From positions 14,136,001 through 14,200,000 of the forward strand of contig JBHGNT010000009.1 of assembly GCA_043228905.1 (NCBI GenBank): a DNA stretch of 64,000 nt, written 5' to 3'. Positions 33,696-45,883 of the stretch are shown piece by piece. Source of the stretch: Azolla caroliniana (taxonomy: Eukaryota; Plantae; Polypodiophyta). The notes beneath the pieces are model-generated. The model did not search any database and was not told the DNA's origin. It saw nothing but the letters and a program-made list of their open reading frames with translations. The translations under genes and the position numbers were made by a program. Numbering within the stretch: position 1 is the first letter of the stretch; every line of letters begins with the position of its first letter.

Positions 33696-33968
33696 TCTTC
33701 ATCCGGTTCTCACCGGGTCTGCAACATCTGGCTCTCCGTAGCCGGGTACTCCTCATCCGGTTCTCACCAGGTCTGCACCATCCGGCTCTCCGTAGCCGGG
33801 TACTCCTCATCCGGTTCTCACCGGGTCTGCACCATCCGGCTCTCCGTAGCCGGGTACTCCTCATCCGGTTCTCACCGGGTCTGCACCATCCGGTCCTCCG
33901 TAGCCGGGTACTCCTCATTCGGTTCTCACTGGGTCTGCACCATCCAGTCCTCCGTAGCCGGGTACTCC
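33696..33968. repeat. 54-bp tandem repeat x5 in the gypsy 3' region
   Basis: TCATCCGGTTCTCACCGGGTCTGCACCATCCGGCTCTCCGTAGCCGGGTACTCC repeated; gives the 18-aa periodicity seen in the ORF track. Confidence 0.92.
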
Positions 33969-34799
33969 TAGTCCGATTTCGGCCTCAGCCTTTGTTCATC
34001 GGCATTGTTCTTCTCCCTTCCCATCCGGAGGGGCCTGTCTCCCAACATTCTCGCAGTGTTGACCCTGTTATGACTCCCCAATCTATGGCCTGTCCCTCGA
34101 ACGTCGCGATGACGATGCCCGCTTTCTGTTTAGGCATCCAGTACGCATTGTTGTGCACACACCCTACTTCGAGTAAGAACTTCGCAACTTCGCGAAAGAA
34201 AGGATTAGGCGAATCCCGCGTCCTGTAGGATTTGGCCAAGATGGAGTATTCCGCAAAGTAACACTCGAGCACCCTTGCTGGAGGGATCTCGAAGTGGCGT
34301 TCCCCATTTCCGGACAGACCTTGCTTCTTCTTGATGCTGGCATTTGTGATGGTGTCGATATTGAGTTTCTTTGCCATGTCCTGTGAGTTTGGGTGAGGCG
34401 GTGCCTCTGCTACTCAGATGTAGCCTGCAAGGCCCTTGTCGTGGACCCACCGCCATAGGGTTGGGGAGATGTCAATCATCATATCCTCGGGGACAGGTTG
34501 GGATGAGCGAGGGGAACGTTTAAGAGGCAAGGTTTGAGCAATAGAGCTTCTATGATGGTGAGGTGACTGAAGAGAACGAGGGGAGTGAGAAGAGTGAGGA
34601 GAGCAGAGAGATTGTGAAGATTTGCATGCATGTAACCCCTTAAATAGTCGTGAATGTCTTTTTTTTTTCATATCTAACGATTATGGATGTCCTTATAGTA
34701 CACTAGTGTTACATTTCTACAATTAGGGCTGCGCTTAATGTGGCATGTGACTGTTCCTCTCAGTCATCATTTTGTCCGCATTGACTTGAAAAGGGTTTG

Positions 34800-35600
34800 G
34801 CGGAGTGGGACCCCAATACGGTTTCAACTGAAACCCGTTGATCTTCTGGGGTAACACTTCTCTTACCAGGGTGCCCAACGCGAATGTCCCATTTTTTACT
34901 CCTACTATCCAGTACGGTCCGGTCCATCTGAATCACAATTTTCTTGGCATCTGTCCCATACGTATGTGGAACACTAGGAAGAATTTTCCAATTTTAAACC
35001 ATTTCTCGTTGGTGCCGCGGTACCGATCCATGAACGCCTTCCACCGTCATTGTTCGTGTTCCAAGATTGCCATGCTGTGGAGTCTAGCTTCACCGAGTTC
35101 GACCAGTTGTTGTAAGCAAACTTGCTCGGACTGTCGTTCGGAGAGGCGTTCTGGCACTTGTATCCGTAAACTCGGAACCTGGAATTCCACAAGCATTACG
35201 ACTTCAAGTCCGAACACCAGCCGGAATGGAAACTAGTGCGGTATGCCCATAGGGCGCTATGGAGCTTAGTGTCCCAATTCGTGCGGTTGTCATTGACGAT
35301 CTTCTTTAAGATGTTTTGGAGTGTTTTATTCGTCGATTATGCGAATCCATTTGCCTGTGGATAGTACGTCGTGCTTTTCTTGTGAACTACGGCATAATGG
35401 TTGGTGAGCTCATGGATTACCATATTGAGGAAATGGCTTCCTTGATCGCTGATTAGCTCTATAGGGCATCCAAAACGGCACTAGATGTGCTCGTAGAAGA
35501 ATCGTGTCGTGGATGCTGCTGTGTTATCTTGTAATGCTTTGGCCTCGACCCATTTCGTAAAGTAGTATGTGGCCACTAGGGTGTACTTATTACCTGTTGT
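34800..35600 (-). pseudogene. Ty3/gypsy integrase, decayed
   Basis: Minus-strand translation gives [11 protein letters not shown]...RFGCPIELISDQGSHF...YYPQANG...WDTKLHSALWAYRT with stops, then a GPY-type motif (WTGPYWI). Confidence 0.85.
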
Positions 35601-35604
35601 CAAA

Positions 35605-36210
35605 GTTAATACGTGGAAGCTTTGACAAACCGGTTTATCTGGATAGCAACAGAAAGAAAAAGAGAATGAAGCTTTAATGGAAGCTTAAAAAACGGAGAAT
35701 ACACAGGAGAGATAGAGAGGACAGAAAGCATAAACTCTATTAAAAAAAACACTTTGTACATAGGATGTGCTAAGTGAGCACTTTGTATACAAGTCCACAA
35801 GGGATTGACAGAAGTACTATGTACTTCAATGCTCATACAAGCGGTTGACACTAACTACGAGGACCATGACTCCATGACTACTTAGTTGTCTAGAAGAGTA
35901 GGCCTCAAAACGGCCTACCTGTTCACATTGGAGTGCGGCTCCCTGATCCAGCTCTTGGTCTCGTATACCGATCTGGTCCATCCGTTTCGGATACTTATCC
36001 GGACATCGATCTGGATACGATGGGGCTCAGGCTTGTTCAACCGATCCGGATCTGGTTGAGCTTGTTCGCTCAACACTCCCCCTCAAGATCAACTTGAGCT
36101 CGGATCGTGGTGTTAGTGTCTGCGGCAACTGGTTCTTTCGTCGGGCACCTTGTGGTGTCCTCCCTCCTTGCTCGCGATCCTCATCTAGTCTGGTTCCTCT
36201 GGAATAGGTG
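35605..36210 (-). mobile_element. Copia 3' LTR (to 36075) plus PPT, minus strand
   Basis: LTR ends ...GTTCGCTCAACA next to CTCCCCCTCAA (reverse-complemented PPT). Homologous to the LTRs at 45884 and 62812. Confidence 0.8.
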
Positions 36211-38080
36211 TACATTGTACAACCCCCGGATTTCAGTCCAGAAAGAACTCCTCGGCGTTATGCTGACTGAAGAAGTTCCTCTACGGACTAAAGCAAGCCC
36301 CGCGCGTGTGGAACGCGAAGATCACGTAGCGCCTACGTTGAATGGGGTTTGCGACATCCAAATCGGACTCTTCATTCTTCATCCGGCAAGGTCGACATGG
36401 ACTGGTTAGTATTTTACTTTATGTTGTTGATTTAGTCATCGCCAGCGGATGAAATCAGTTGTGTAAGTCCCAGCTTGCGGCATCATTCGACATGAAGGAC
36501 CTAGGGGACCTTCATTACTTCCTAGGGATCGAAGTGATCCGCACCCCCGAAGGCATACAGACCAGTCAACGACATTACGTGCTGAGTATGCTCTTCAAGT
36601 TCAGGATGGCAAACTGTAAGTCCATCTCAACTCCTTGGGACAGAAACGTCAAGCTTCGCCGAGATATTGGGAAGCCTAATTTATTTGACGATCACTCAAC
36701 CGGATCTCAGTTACCCAGTCAGCCTGATCAGTCAATTTATGTCGCAACCCACGACTGAACACCCTAAATGCACGCAACAGATATTGCCCTATGTCCCTGA
36801 CACTAAGGATAGGGCGCTGCTATATTGGATCGGTATTGCCAAAAAACTCGTCGGCGAGAGTTGGATTGTCAAGCACGGAGGCTGAGTATCGACGAGCAAC
36901 TGTTGCGACATGCGAAGCCATTTGGCTCAAGAGGCTACTCAAGGATCTGCAGGTGGAGGTGTCTGATCCAAGGACAATCTACTATGACAACCTTAGGATC
37001 ATCTAACTTGCGAAGAACCCTGTCTTCCACACCCGAACCAAGCACATTGAGGTGCACTACCATTTTGTCTACGAGTGTGTCCTCTCCGGTGAAGTTGACC
37101 TAGTATATGTTTCGACGGATCGGCAGACTACCGACATGTTTACCAAGACCCTTGGTCTCGACAAGTTGCGGCAATTCTCGGGTGCGCTTGGTTTGCAGCA
37201 CCTCGACGTGCCGAACTTGAGGGGGAGAAAAGACCAGGAAAGAGATTAGGAAAGGAGCAGAAGTGACTGCAAAGCTGAGTCGAATGAATAATTCGATTTC
37301 GGGTCCACTAAAGAAGCGGAAGGCGGAAACAGGGGCAGAAACTGAAGGGAAGAGCCGGAAGTTAGCCGAACGAGGGAGAGATGAAGCCAAGAAGGGCAAG
37401 AAGGCCAACACCAAGACATGGTTAGATGTGGCCAAGAGCCTGAAGACCGAAAACAAATTGGAGACAACAAATTCAGACAAAACCGGAAACGAATCGGAGT
37501 CAACCGATTCGGTTCGAATGTTTGATTCGGAGACGCCGAATCAACTAAAGTCCAAGTAGAAGAAAGGGCAACGAAAGTGGCGCCAACAACGTGACAACAA
37601 GGGAGTTGGGGAAAGGCCGCATGAGTAGAGAAGCCGACCGAAAGGGTCGAGGTGTGGGGAATCGAACGGGTCGAGGAGTGCGACTAAGGTGTGAAGCTAG
37701 GTGAAGCCGGAGCGAAGAATCAGAAGAGCAAGCGGAATCTCAAGTTGAGCTTGAGGGGGAGTGTTGAGATACAAGCTCAACATTGGGTGCGTAAACTAGC
37801 TATTCCATGGAGGAATATATTTTGGGGTTTAGTGGAGGGACTCATTACTGAGCATTGAAGTACGAGTCAATACTTCTGTCAGTCCGTATGGACTTGTATA
37901 AAAGTGCTCTTTGAGCATATCCTATGTACAGAGCACATTCTATTGTTTGAATTAAGTCTCTCTCTCTCTCTCTCTCTCATTCTCTGAGTTCTCTGCATTT
38001 ACCGAACTGTTTTATGTCCGAACATCAACTGTATACTCTGTGTCTTTTACGCACGCTTCCGCACATCGTATTCTTTTACA
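36210..38080 (+). mobile_element. Copia 3' half (RT/RNase H, PPT, LTR 37762-38080), decayed
   Basis: MKDLGDLHYFLGIEV, KHIEVHYHF, PPT TGAGGGGGAG then TGTTGAG...TTTTACA. Confidence 0.85.
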
Positions 38081-41000
38081 AGGCAGTTAGTGTCAAGGTT
38101 TTTTTAAGAGCATTGAAGTGCTTGTTAGTAATTCCGTCAATCCATTGAGGACTTGTATAAATAGTGCTCATTGAGCACATTGTATGTACTTAGCATTTTG
38201 GAATAGAACTTTTGCTATATGCTCTCACTCAGTCTCTCTCTCTCTTACATTCTCTATGTTTACCTAACTATTATACTTCCGAATAACTAATCGTGTACTC
38301 TATGTCTTTTGTATATGCTTCCGCACATAAATCTTTTTACATGGTACCAAAGCATGAGGGTTAGAAGAATCATCTGCTATAGACAAAGCGAACAAGACAG
38401 AGACAAGTTTTTCGTCTTCCGGAAAAGAAAAGACAGGAACATGGACAGAGGTGTGGGTAGCTCGCTTCCAACAAAGAAGCTCGATAGAAGCAACTATGCA
38501 TCTTGGTCTTACAAGATGCACGAGTTGTCGAATATTGGTCTATAATGGTTGTATTCACATTGTATCTTGGATAAACTAGATTTAGGATAATTTTGTAAAT
38601 ATGTTAAACGGCAGTTGCCCTAGCCCAGTTAGTATGTAAGGGGCTTTGTAACCTAGTTTGTTGTTGTTGCTATTGTGAGAAAGTCGTTGCCTCCATTACA
38701 CTATAACTATTGTGAATAAACTGATACCTTGTGTGCCTCTTTATCCCTCTCTCTCTCTCTCATTCCGTTCTCTGATCTTGTCTTCGATTTGTGTACTCGG
38801 TGATCTTCATATCAAAAGTGTTGTTGATGTTTCCACACTGACGACCTCAGTTCTCAATATCTAGTATCAGAGCGAAGGTTCTTCAACTTGTTGCCAACCG
38901 TCATCAGTCTTCATCAACACTCTTGCTTCGTCTCCCTTGAAGAACCTAAGTTCAAGATCTGATCTTCAGAAGAGAAAGAAAACAGAAGATTTGCACTCCA
39001 CCGAGTTAGATCACTCTTGAGGTAAGCCAGTCGGTTGTACCTTGCTTCTATGATTGGAGCTGTTAGGAGTGGAATATCTATCAAATCGACATCGATCATG
39101 ATTTACCAAGTTAGACACTATCTACTCAGTTGTTGTAACCTCACAAAGCAGATCCGGCTTTAGGGAACAACCCCAATCTGCGTTTCATTCGGCTGAATGA
39201 CAATCACCCAAAGTCGTCCCTCTCATCATTGTGGTCACTCAAAGCCGGATCGACCTTGATAATCAACACAAAATCTGTTATTGGCATCTTGAAATCTACA
39301 TTCGACATCTAATAGGCAAATTTGAGTCCAATTTGGCTTACACGATTGACTGTTACAGTAGTCACTTTGGACAGAATCTGCCAATATTCGAAGTCAATTT
39401 GACTTGTATCCAAATCCGACTAGAACAACATCGAGTGAGCCATTCGGCCACACTCCACCACTGTTCGTATTCGACTCTGGACAAAGTCTAGTAAATTGAC
39501 ACAAATGGCATCAACATCCGGCTCGTTAGAGATGAGTCTAAGGAAATTCGACGCATCAAATTTCAATTTCTAGAAGGAGCAGATGCAAGACTATTTGATA
39601 GTCAAAGATCAGATAGATCCAATTGAGAACAAAAACCCTCCAGAAGGAATCAAGCTGAATGAGTGGAGGAAACTTGATAGAATTGTCCGCGCCACCATTC
39701 AGATGTACCTATCGGAGTCAGTGTACTTCACAGTGCAATCGTGTTCGAACACCTTCTAATTATGGAAGACACTTTCTAATACTTATGAAAAGAAGGTTGC
39801 CACCACAAAGATATATTTGATTCAGCGCCTTTATAATCTTCGGATGAAAGAATCTGACTCGGTCTAGGCACGCCTGAATGAATACGAAAGTTTAAGCTCC
39901 CAAATTGCGGCCCAGGGGACAACGATCGAAGATGAACTGAGAGCAATGTTGCTTATGAGTAGTCTCCTCCCTTCGTGGTAAACTTTCGTCACTACTATGT
40001 GTAACGTGTCGACTACTGCCGTAAAATACTCCTCATTAACGAGCTAAATTTTCACTGAAGGAGCTCAGAGAAAATTGTTTGCAAACGATTTGGCCAATGA
40101 CGCTTATGAAGTACAAAGTTTGACTGACCGATCGAACAGTCGAGGAAGAAGTTCTTCCCGACATCCGAACAACTAGTGAAGTCGAAGCAAATCTCGGGAC
40201 AATCGAGTCTACAATTACTACAAGAAAGTCAGGCACATCAAAGCCTATTGCCGCGCACTCAAAGCCAAAAATGACAAAGTTCAATGAGCGGATCAAAAGA
40301 GTAGCCGGCATGAGGAGGTCAATTACATCGGGTCTTCAGCTGAAGTATTGTCGAACGACCCGAACATACTATCCATTGAAAACCTAGTTGAATCAAAAGT
40401 TTTGCTTACGATTGAGGAATTGAGCACATGGCTCTTGGATTCGGGTTTGTCCTACCATGTGACCCCTCACACATCCCAATTTTGGCAATATTCGGCCCGA
40501 CACTCCGACTCAGTATGAGTCGGAAATTTGTAGCACTGCGCTATTGTCAAAATCGCCACTGTAGAACTCAACCTCCCAGGTGGTTCTACATTAGTACTCT
40601 GACATGTACCTGAGCTCTTAAGACCTTTGATCTCAGTCGGACAATTGGATGAAGAAGGCATCCATGTCGACTTCTCATCAGGACGGTGGACACTCCATAG
40701 GGGGAACCTCCTGCTTGTTTGAGTACCAAAAGTACATTCATTGTACTCATTATACATCACACTTAGAGACAGTGACTTGTTCCTAGTTGACATTCCCGTG
40801 TCGTCACTATGGCATGGATGACTCAGAACCCTCAACAAGGCCGACATCACGCACCTCTCTCCTTCTCCAATCATCAGTTCTATGACCACTGCCAGTATGG
40901 CAAAAAAATTGTCGCATCACACCCGACATCAACACCGAGAGAATTGAGTCCACTCAATTTGGTCCACTCGGACGTCTGTGGCCCAATTCCACATCAGTCT

Positions 41001-42908
41001 CTTGCTGGTGCCTTGTACTTTGTGAGCTTTATCGACGATTCTACTTGAAAGGTATAGTCCTATTCGATCAAAACCAAAGATCGAGTGTTCTCGATATTTT
41101 CCGAATGGCTCGCGATGGTAGAGAACCAGTCTGGTCAAAAGCTGAAATGCCTTCGGACCGACAATGGAGGAGAGTTCAAGTCTAAAGAATTCATTAGATT
41201 TTGCCAACAACGTGGCATTCGACATGAATACATGACACCCTATATCCTGGAGCAAGACGGAATTGCCAAGCGCATGAATCAGAACAATCAAGAATAGATA
41301 GTTTCCATGCTCCAACACTCCGCGCTGTCGGATGGCGCTTCTGGGCAGAGGCCGTACTGACAATAGTACAAATTATTAACATGTCGCCGAGTAGGCCTCT
41401 AGGACTTCTAATACCTCAGTAATTATGGATGGGCTGCAAACCAAATTACGACAAGCTGAGGATTTTCGGAGGCAAGGCGTACACCCTCATACCAAAAGAC
41501 AACCGCCGAAAATTAGAACCGAGGTCCATGAAATGTATTTTCCTTGGCTATGGACCATATGGAGAGATTGGATGCCGTCTCTGGACCTGAGCACAAACAG
41601 ATTGTCTGAAGTTCGGATGTAGTGTTCAATGAGTCAATTATGCATAAGATGGCCGAATGGTCTATTGAAGTCCAAAGGGTAATTTTTTCTAAAGTGCCAA
41701 ACCTTCATGATGGACCATCCCATAACACGAAGTCAGCTTCACGGGTAGCCGAATCCTCTAGCCCCGATTCAGCAGAGACCGACTCGGCATAACCGAATGA
41801 CTCGGCTTTGGACCATCCAATGTGAGTAGTCTAGTCATACCTCGAAGATCCGAGAGACAGTCGCAACCCCTTGAGAGGTACTCTTTTGGAATCTTCTTTA
41901 CGGACGTTGGTGAACCGATGCCATAAAAAGAAGCATCAGCATCAGCCAATTCGGCCACCTAGCATCTGGCGATGGAGTCAGAAATGAACTCCATTCGGGC
42001 GAACAAAACTTGGGACTTGGTTGAATTACCGAAGAATTGACGTGCTCTTCCATGCAAATGGGTCTCTTGAATCAAAGAGATGCCCGATTCAGCCGCCCCA
42101 AAGTACAAGACCAGGTTAGTTGTGAAGTGTTTCCTACAACAACATGCCGTTGACTTCAACGAAATTTGGTAATGGAACAATTTCGTGGAAATTGAAACTT
42201 AGGAGTGCATTGCCACATCAACAATTCAGGCCAAATACGTAACCACGTCCGATCCGGCGAAAGAGGCTTTATGGCTCGGTCGGCTGGCGCACACGTTTTG
42301 ACAAGTTGACTCCAACTCGCTCTATCCAAAAATCAAGTTCATCACAACGCCTCCAAGCATATCAATGTTCGATATCACTTTGTTCGGGACTGCGTCATTT
42401 CAGGGAAATTTGGCCTCAATAAGATATCTACAACTGATAATGTCACAGATGGGATGACCAAGTGTCTTTTGGCGGATCGACTTTGATCCCTTTGGCACCA
42501 GATGGGCGTAATGAAAAACCAGTCCGATTGAGGTGGACAGTCAATGCTTTCGAACAATCATCGTTGATAGTTCGAGGTTTGGTCTCAACTCCTTCGACCC
42601 CGGTCGATTCGGCCTCCTGATTTGTTTGACGACCTTCTAAAAATATGTATTATCTATTTACTTTCTTTATTACAGATTTCCGTTGTATATGCCCATTACG
42701 GGGGAGTGTCGAATACTAGTCTATAATGGCCTTATTCACATTGTCTCTTGGACCAACTAGATTAAGGACAATTTCGTAAATATGTCAAAGGGTAGTTGCC
42801 CAATGAGGGGCTTTGTAACCTAGTTTGTTGTTGCTGCTATTGTGAGAAAGCCGTTGCCTCCATTACACTATAACTATTATGAATAAACTAATACATTGTG
42901 TGCCTCTT

Positions 42909-42969
<61 letters not shown>

Positions 42970-45730
42970 ATGTTCTCTGATCTTGTCTTCGATTTGTATA
43001 CTCGATGATCTTCATATCAAAAGTGTTGTTGATGTTTTTGCACTAATGGCCTCAGTTCTGAACACCAGTATCTCCTCAGACACGGATACTAGATTTATGT
43101 CGAAGGAGCTAATGATGGGCACCGTATGCGACACACAGGGACTTTTTGGCCTGGGAGCAGGCGACGAGCAGGGTAATGTACTTCTTTGCATCCAATGTCG
43201 AGGATCAACTACTCAACTACATCCGGGATGCCAAGATGCTAAAAGACGTGTGGGTGAATCTCAAAAGGGTTTTTGCAACTAGCATAACAACCAAGAAGTT
43301 GCAACTCAGGTAGGAGCTCAGCAATGTCAAGTAGAAAAATTTGTTTGTGGCTGATTACACAACCCGAATCAAGAAGATCTGTGACTCCCTCGTCTCGATC
43401 AATGTGATCGTCGGGAAGGATGAAATGATGCAGATCTACCTCGGACGCTTGGCGTCTAGATTAAGTTTAATCCGAATGGCGGTCTGCACGAGGGAGAATA
43501 CGCCTTCATTTTTCGAGCTACAATCGATGTTGCTCGTAGATGAGCGCTCATGATGACAACAAGATGTTGTACACGAAGGCAGAGAGGCCCCATGATCGTG
43601 GTGGACGAGGCGGATCGGTGCACAATGGAGACAGCTGACAAGAGTAGGACAGAAGGCACAGAAGTGGTGCCGACAGTAGTTCTGAACCCTCCATGAGCAG
43701 GGGGATTCAAGGCGGCATCAGAATCCGGCAAGGGAAAGCTACAACAAACAGTTGGTACTATGGCTAGAAGGGCCACATAGAGAGCAAGTTTTGGAAGAAG
43801 CGTGCCGATTTGGATAGATCCAGATCGAGCCGAGGAGATGTAGATAGGCGTCACCAATCACAATTTGCCGAGAGCTCAGGGTGAGCCGAAACAGGCCTTG
43901 CTCTCATGATGAAGCACAATGGTAATCGGATTGGTGCACATACCATGAAGCCGGAGGAGGTATCACATGAAGAACCATGTTGAATGGTTCTTGAGCTTGG
44001 AAGAAATGGAACAACTGTGAGTTTTTGAGATCGGCGAAAACATTGTGCACCCTATCAGACATGTGGGCGATGTACCACTTAGCCATGTCAGACAAAAAGG
44101 GGTGATGCAGAACATGCTACATGTCCCAAAAATTACAAAGAATTTGGTATCTGTCAGATAGATTGTCGACCAAGGCATGCAAGTCCGATTAAATCACCAC
44201 GATTGCTTCATCGAAGATGAGGGCCGACTGATTGTGTGTGGATAGAGAGATGGGAGAATGTTCATCCTCAAAACAAGACAATGTTCGTCAAAGGGCAAAA
44301 GGTTGAATCTGACTTCGACTTGTTGCACAAGTGAATCAGTCACATCAATTATCCGAAGCTTCAAGAACTTCAGTCAAAGCAGGTGCTTTCAAGACTGCCG
44401 AAGTTGGGTGGCTGGAGGGCCAAGATATGTGATGCTTGTCAACTCGGGAAGCAACATAGTCTTCCATTCCCCAATGAGAAAAATTGGAGTAGGAATCACT
44501 TGATCTGATCCACATAGATGTATGGGGACCGGCAAGCTATGTGACCATGGGTGGGAGCTGATACTTCATCTCCTTCATCAAAGACTTTAGCCGGCACACT
44601 TGGATCTATCTAATTGAGAAGAAGAGTGAAGTCTTCTCATGTTTCCAAATCTTAAAGAACCTTGTGGAATGGGAGACTGAAAGAAAGATCAAGTATCTAA
44701 GGTCGAATGATGGAAAGGAATACTTATCTAGCCATTTCACAAGCTATCTGTAGACCAAAGAAATGTGGAGGGAGTTCTCTTGCTGATACACGCTGGAGCG
44801 GAATGGCGTGGCTTACAACCTAAACCGGCCAATGGTAGAAGCAGCCAGAACAATGCTCAAGGAGAAAAGCATGCCAAGGATCTATTGGGCTGAAGCAATC
44901 TAGAAGACCGTCTATATAGAGAATCATATCTCTGTCTCCGGAGCAAAGATGTCACCGTATGAGCTGTATTTTAGGCGCATGCCGAATTTGGGACATCTCA
45001 GGGTGTTTGGCAACATTGCTTATGTGCATGTGTTGGATGAGAAGTGCAGGAAGCGGGATGACTAGACCAAGAAATGTAACTTGGTCAGCTATTCGCATGG
45101 GCAAAAGGGGTACAAGTGTTACAACCCCTGAAGGAAACAAGTGAGGGTGAGTCGCGATGTCATCTTTGACGAATCTGCGTCTTGGTACTCCCTTCCACCT
45201 CCAACTCCTAAAGCCTCTGAGCCAATTTCTAGAGATGAGACCAATGAGGAAGAAGAAATCGGAAATCAAGAGGAAAGTCTGATCTCATTCCAGCTAAGTG
45301 GGTTGAATGAGAGACTGAGTCGGAATGACCAGTCGGATGAGGAGCCGGGGAGTAGTGGAGACGATCGTGCAGTCCCCGTGCTAGCAACCAAGGAGACGGT
45401 ATACACAGAAGGAGAAGGGGAAGATGGAGATGTCGGAATATGGCACAAAGGCCGGTGCATCAAATTAGAGTGAATATGACGCAACCACGAGCAAAGATGG
45501 ACCTCCGAAAATGCGGTTGGAATTGGCCAAGAGGGCCTTGAAATCAGCGAACCAGAGGTTGCAACGATCCACCCGCCAGAAGAACCCCATTATTCATTAT
45601 GGATACAACTATATGGCACATCATTATGCGTATATGGCAAAGATGGTGGAAGTGCGTGAGCCGGAGAGCTACGTAGAGGCAACGAAGGATGCAAATTGGT
45701 GTGCCGCCATGGAGGAAGAGAATGAAACAT
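38081..45730 (+). mobile_element. Decayed copia element (partial LTR, PBS 38342, gag-integrase), split in gag by a nested copia and 3'-truncated
   Basis: TGGTACCAAAGC PBS. Gag reads ...WSYKMH|QYLL across the nested insertion. Integrase remnants run to ~45720. Confidence 0.8.
38526..43064 (+). mobile_element. Nested Tork-like copia with internal deletions
   Basis: LTRs 38526-38859 and 42707-43064 (start TGTCGAATA...), PBS-like TAGTATCAGAGC, PPT GGGGGAG, TSD CGAGT/CCAGT (1 mismatch), HSDVCGP integrase motif. Confidence 0.88.
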
Positions 45731-45883
45731 GGGAGACTTATTTTAGCTTCAATTCGGCTTGGTTGAGTCAGCCCGATAATTCTTCATTGGTCTTCTTAAC
45801 TGTTGACCATTCCATGTGCATCTGGTCAGACGCCTTTGTGGTTTGCTTGAAACTTCAACGATCTCTTTTGCTGCCATAATGGT

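Larger units (their letters stand above)
8400..35600 (-). mobile_element. Ty3/gypsy (Tat/Athila-like) remnant hosting nested insertions; own sequence approx. 8400-9476, 16548-17339, 31620-35600
   Basis: Integrase at ~34800-35600. PPT-like AAAAGGGGAGG followed by TGTC at ~8405 on the minus strand. Segments rejoin across TSDs CATAC and ATGGA, and an ~85-bp repeat continues across the ATGGA site. Outer boundaries are uncertain. Confidence 0.55.

Noticed and set aside
33453-33971. 172-aa ORF with SSSGSHRVCTIR repeats
   Set aside because: Arises from a CT microsatellite plus the 54-bp tandem repeat.
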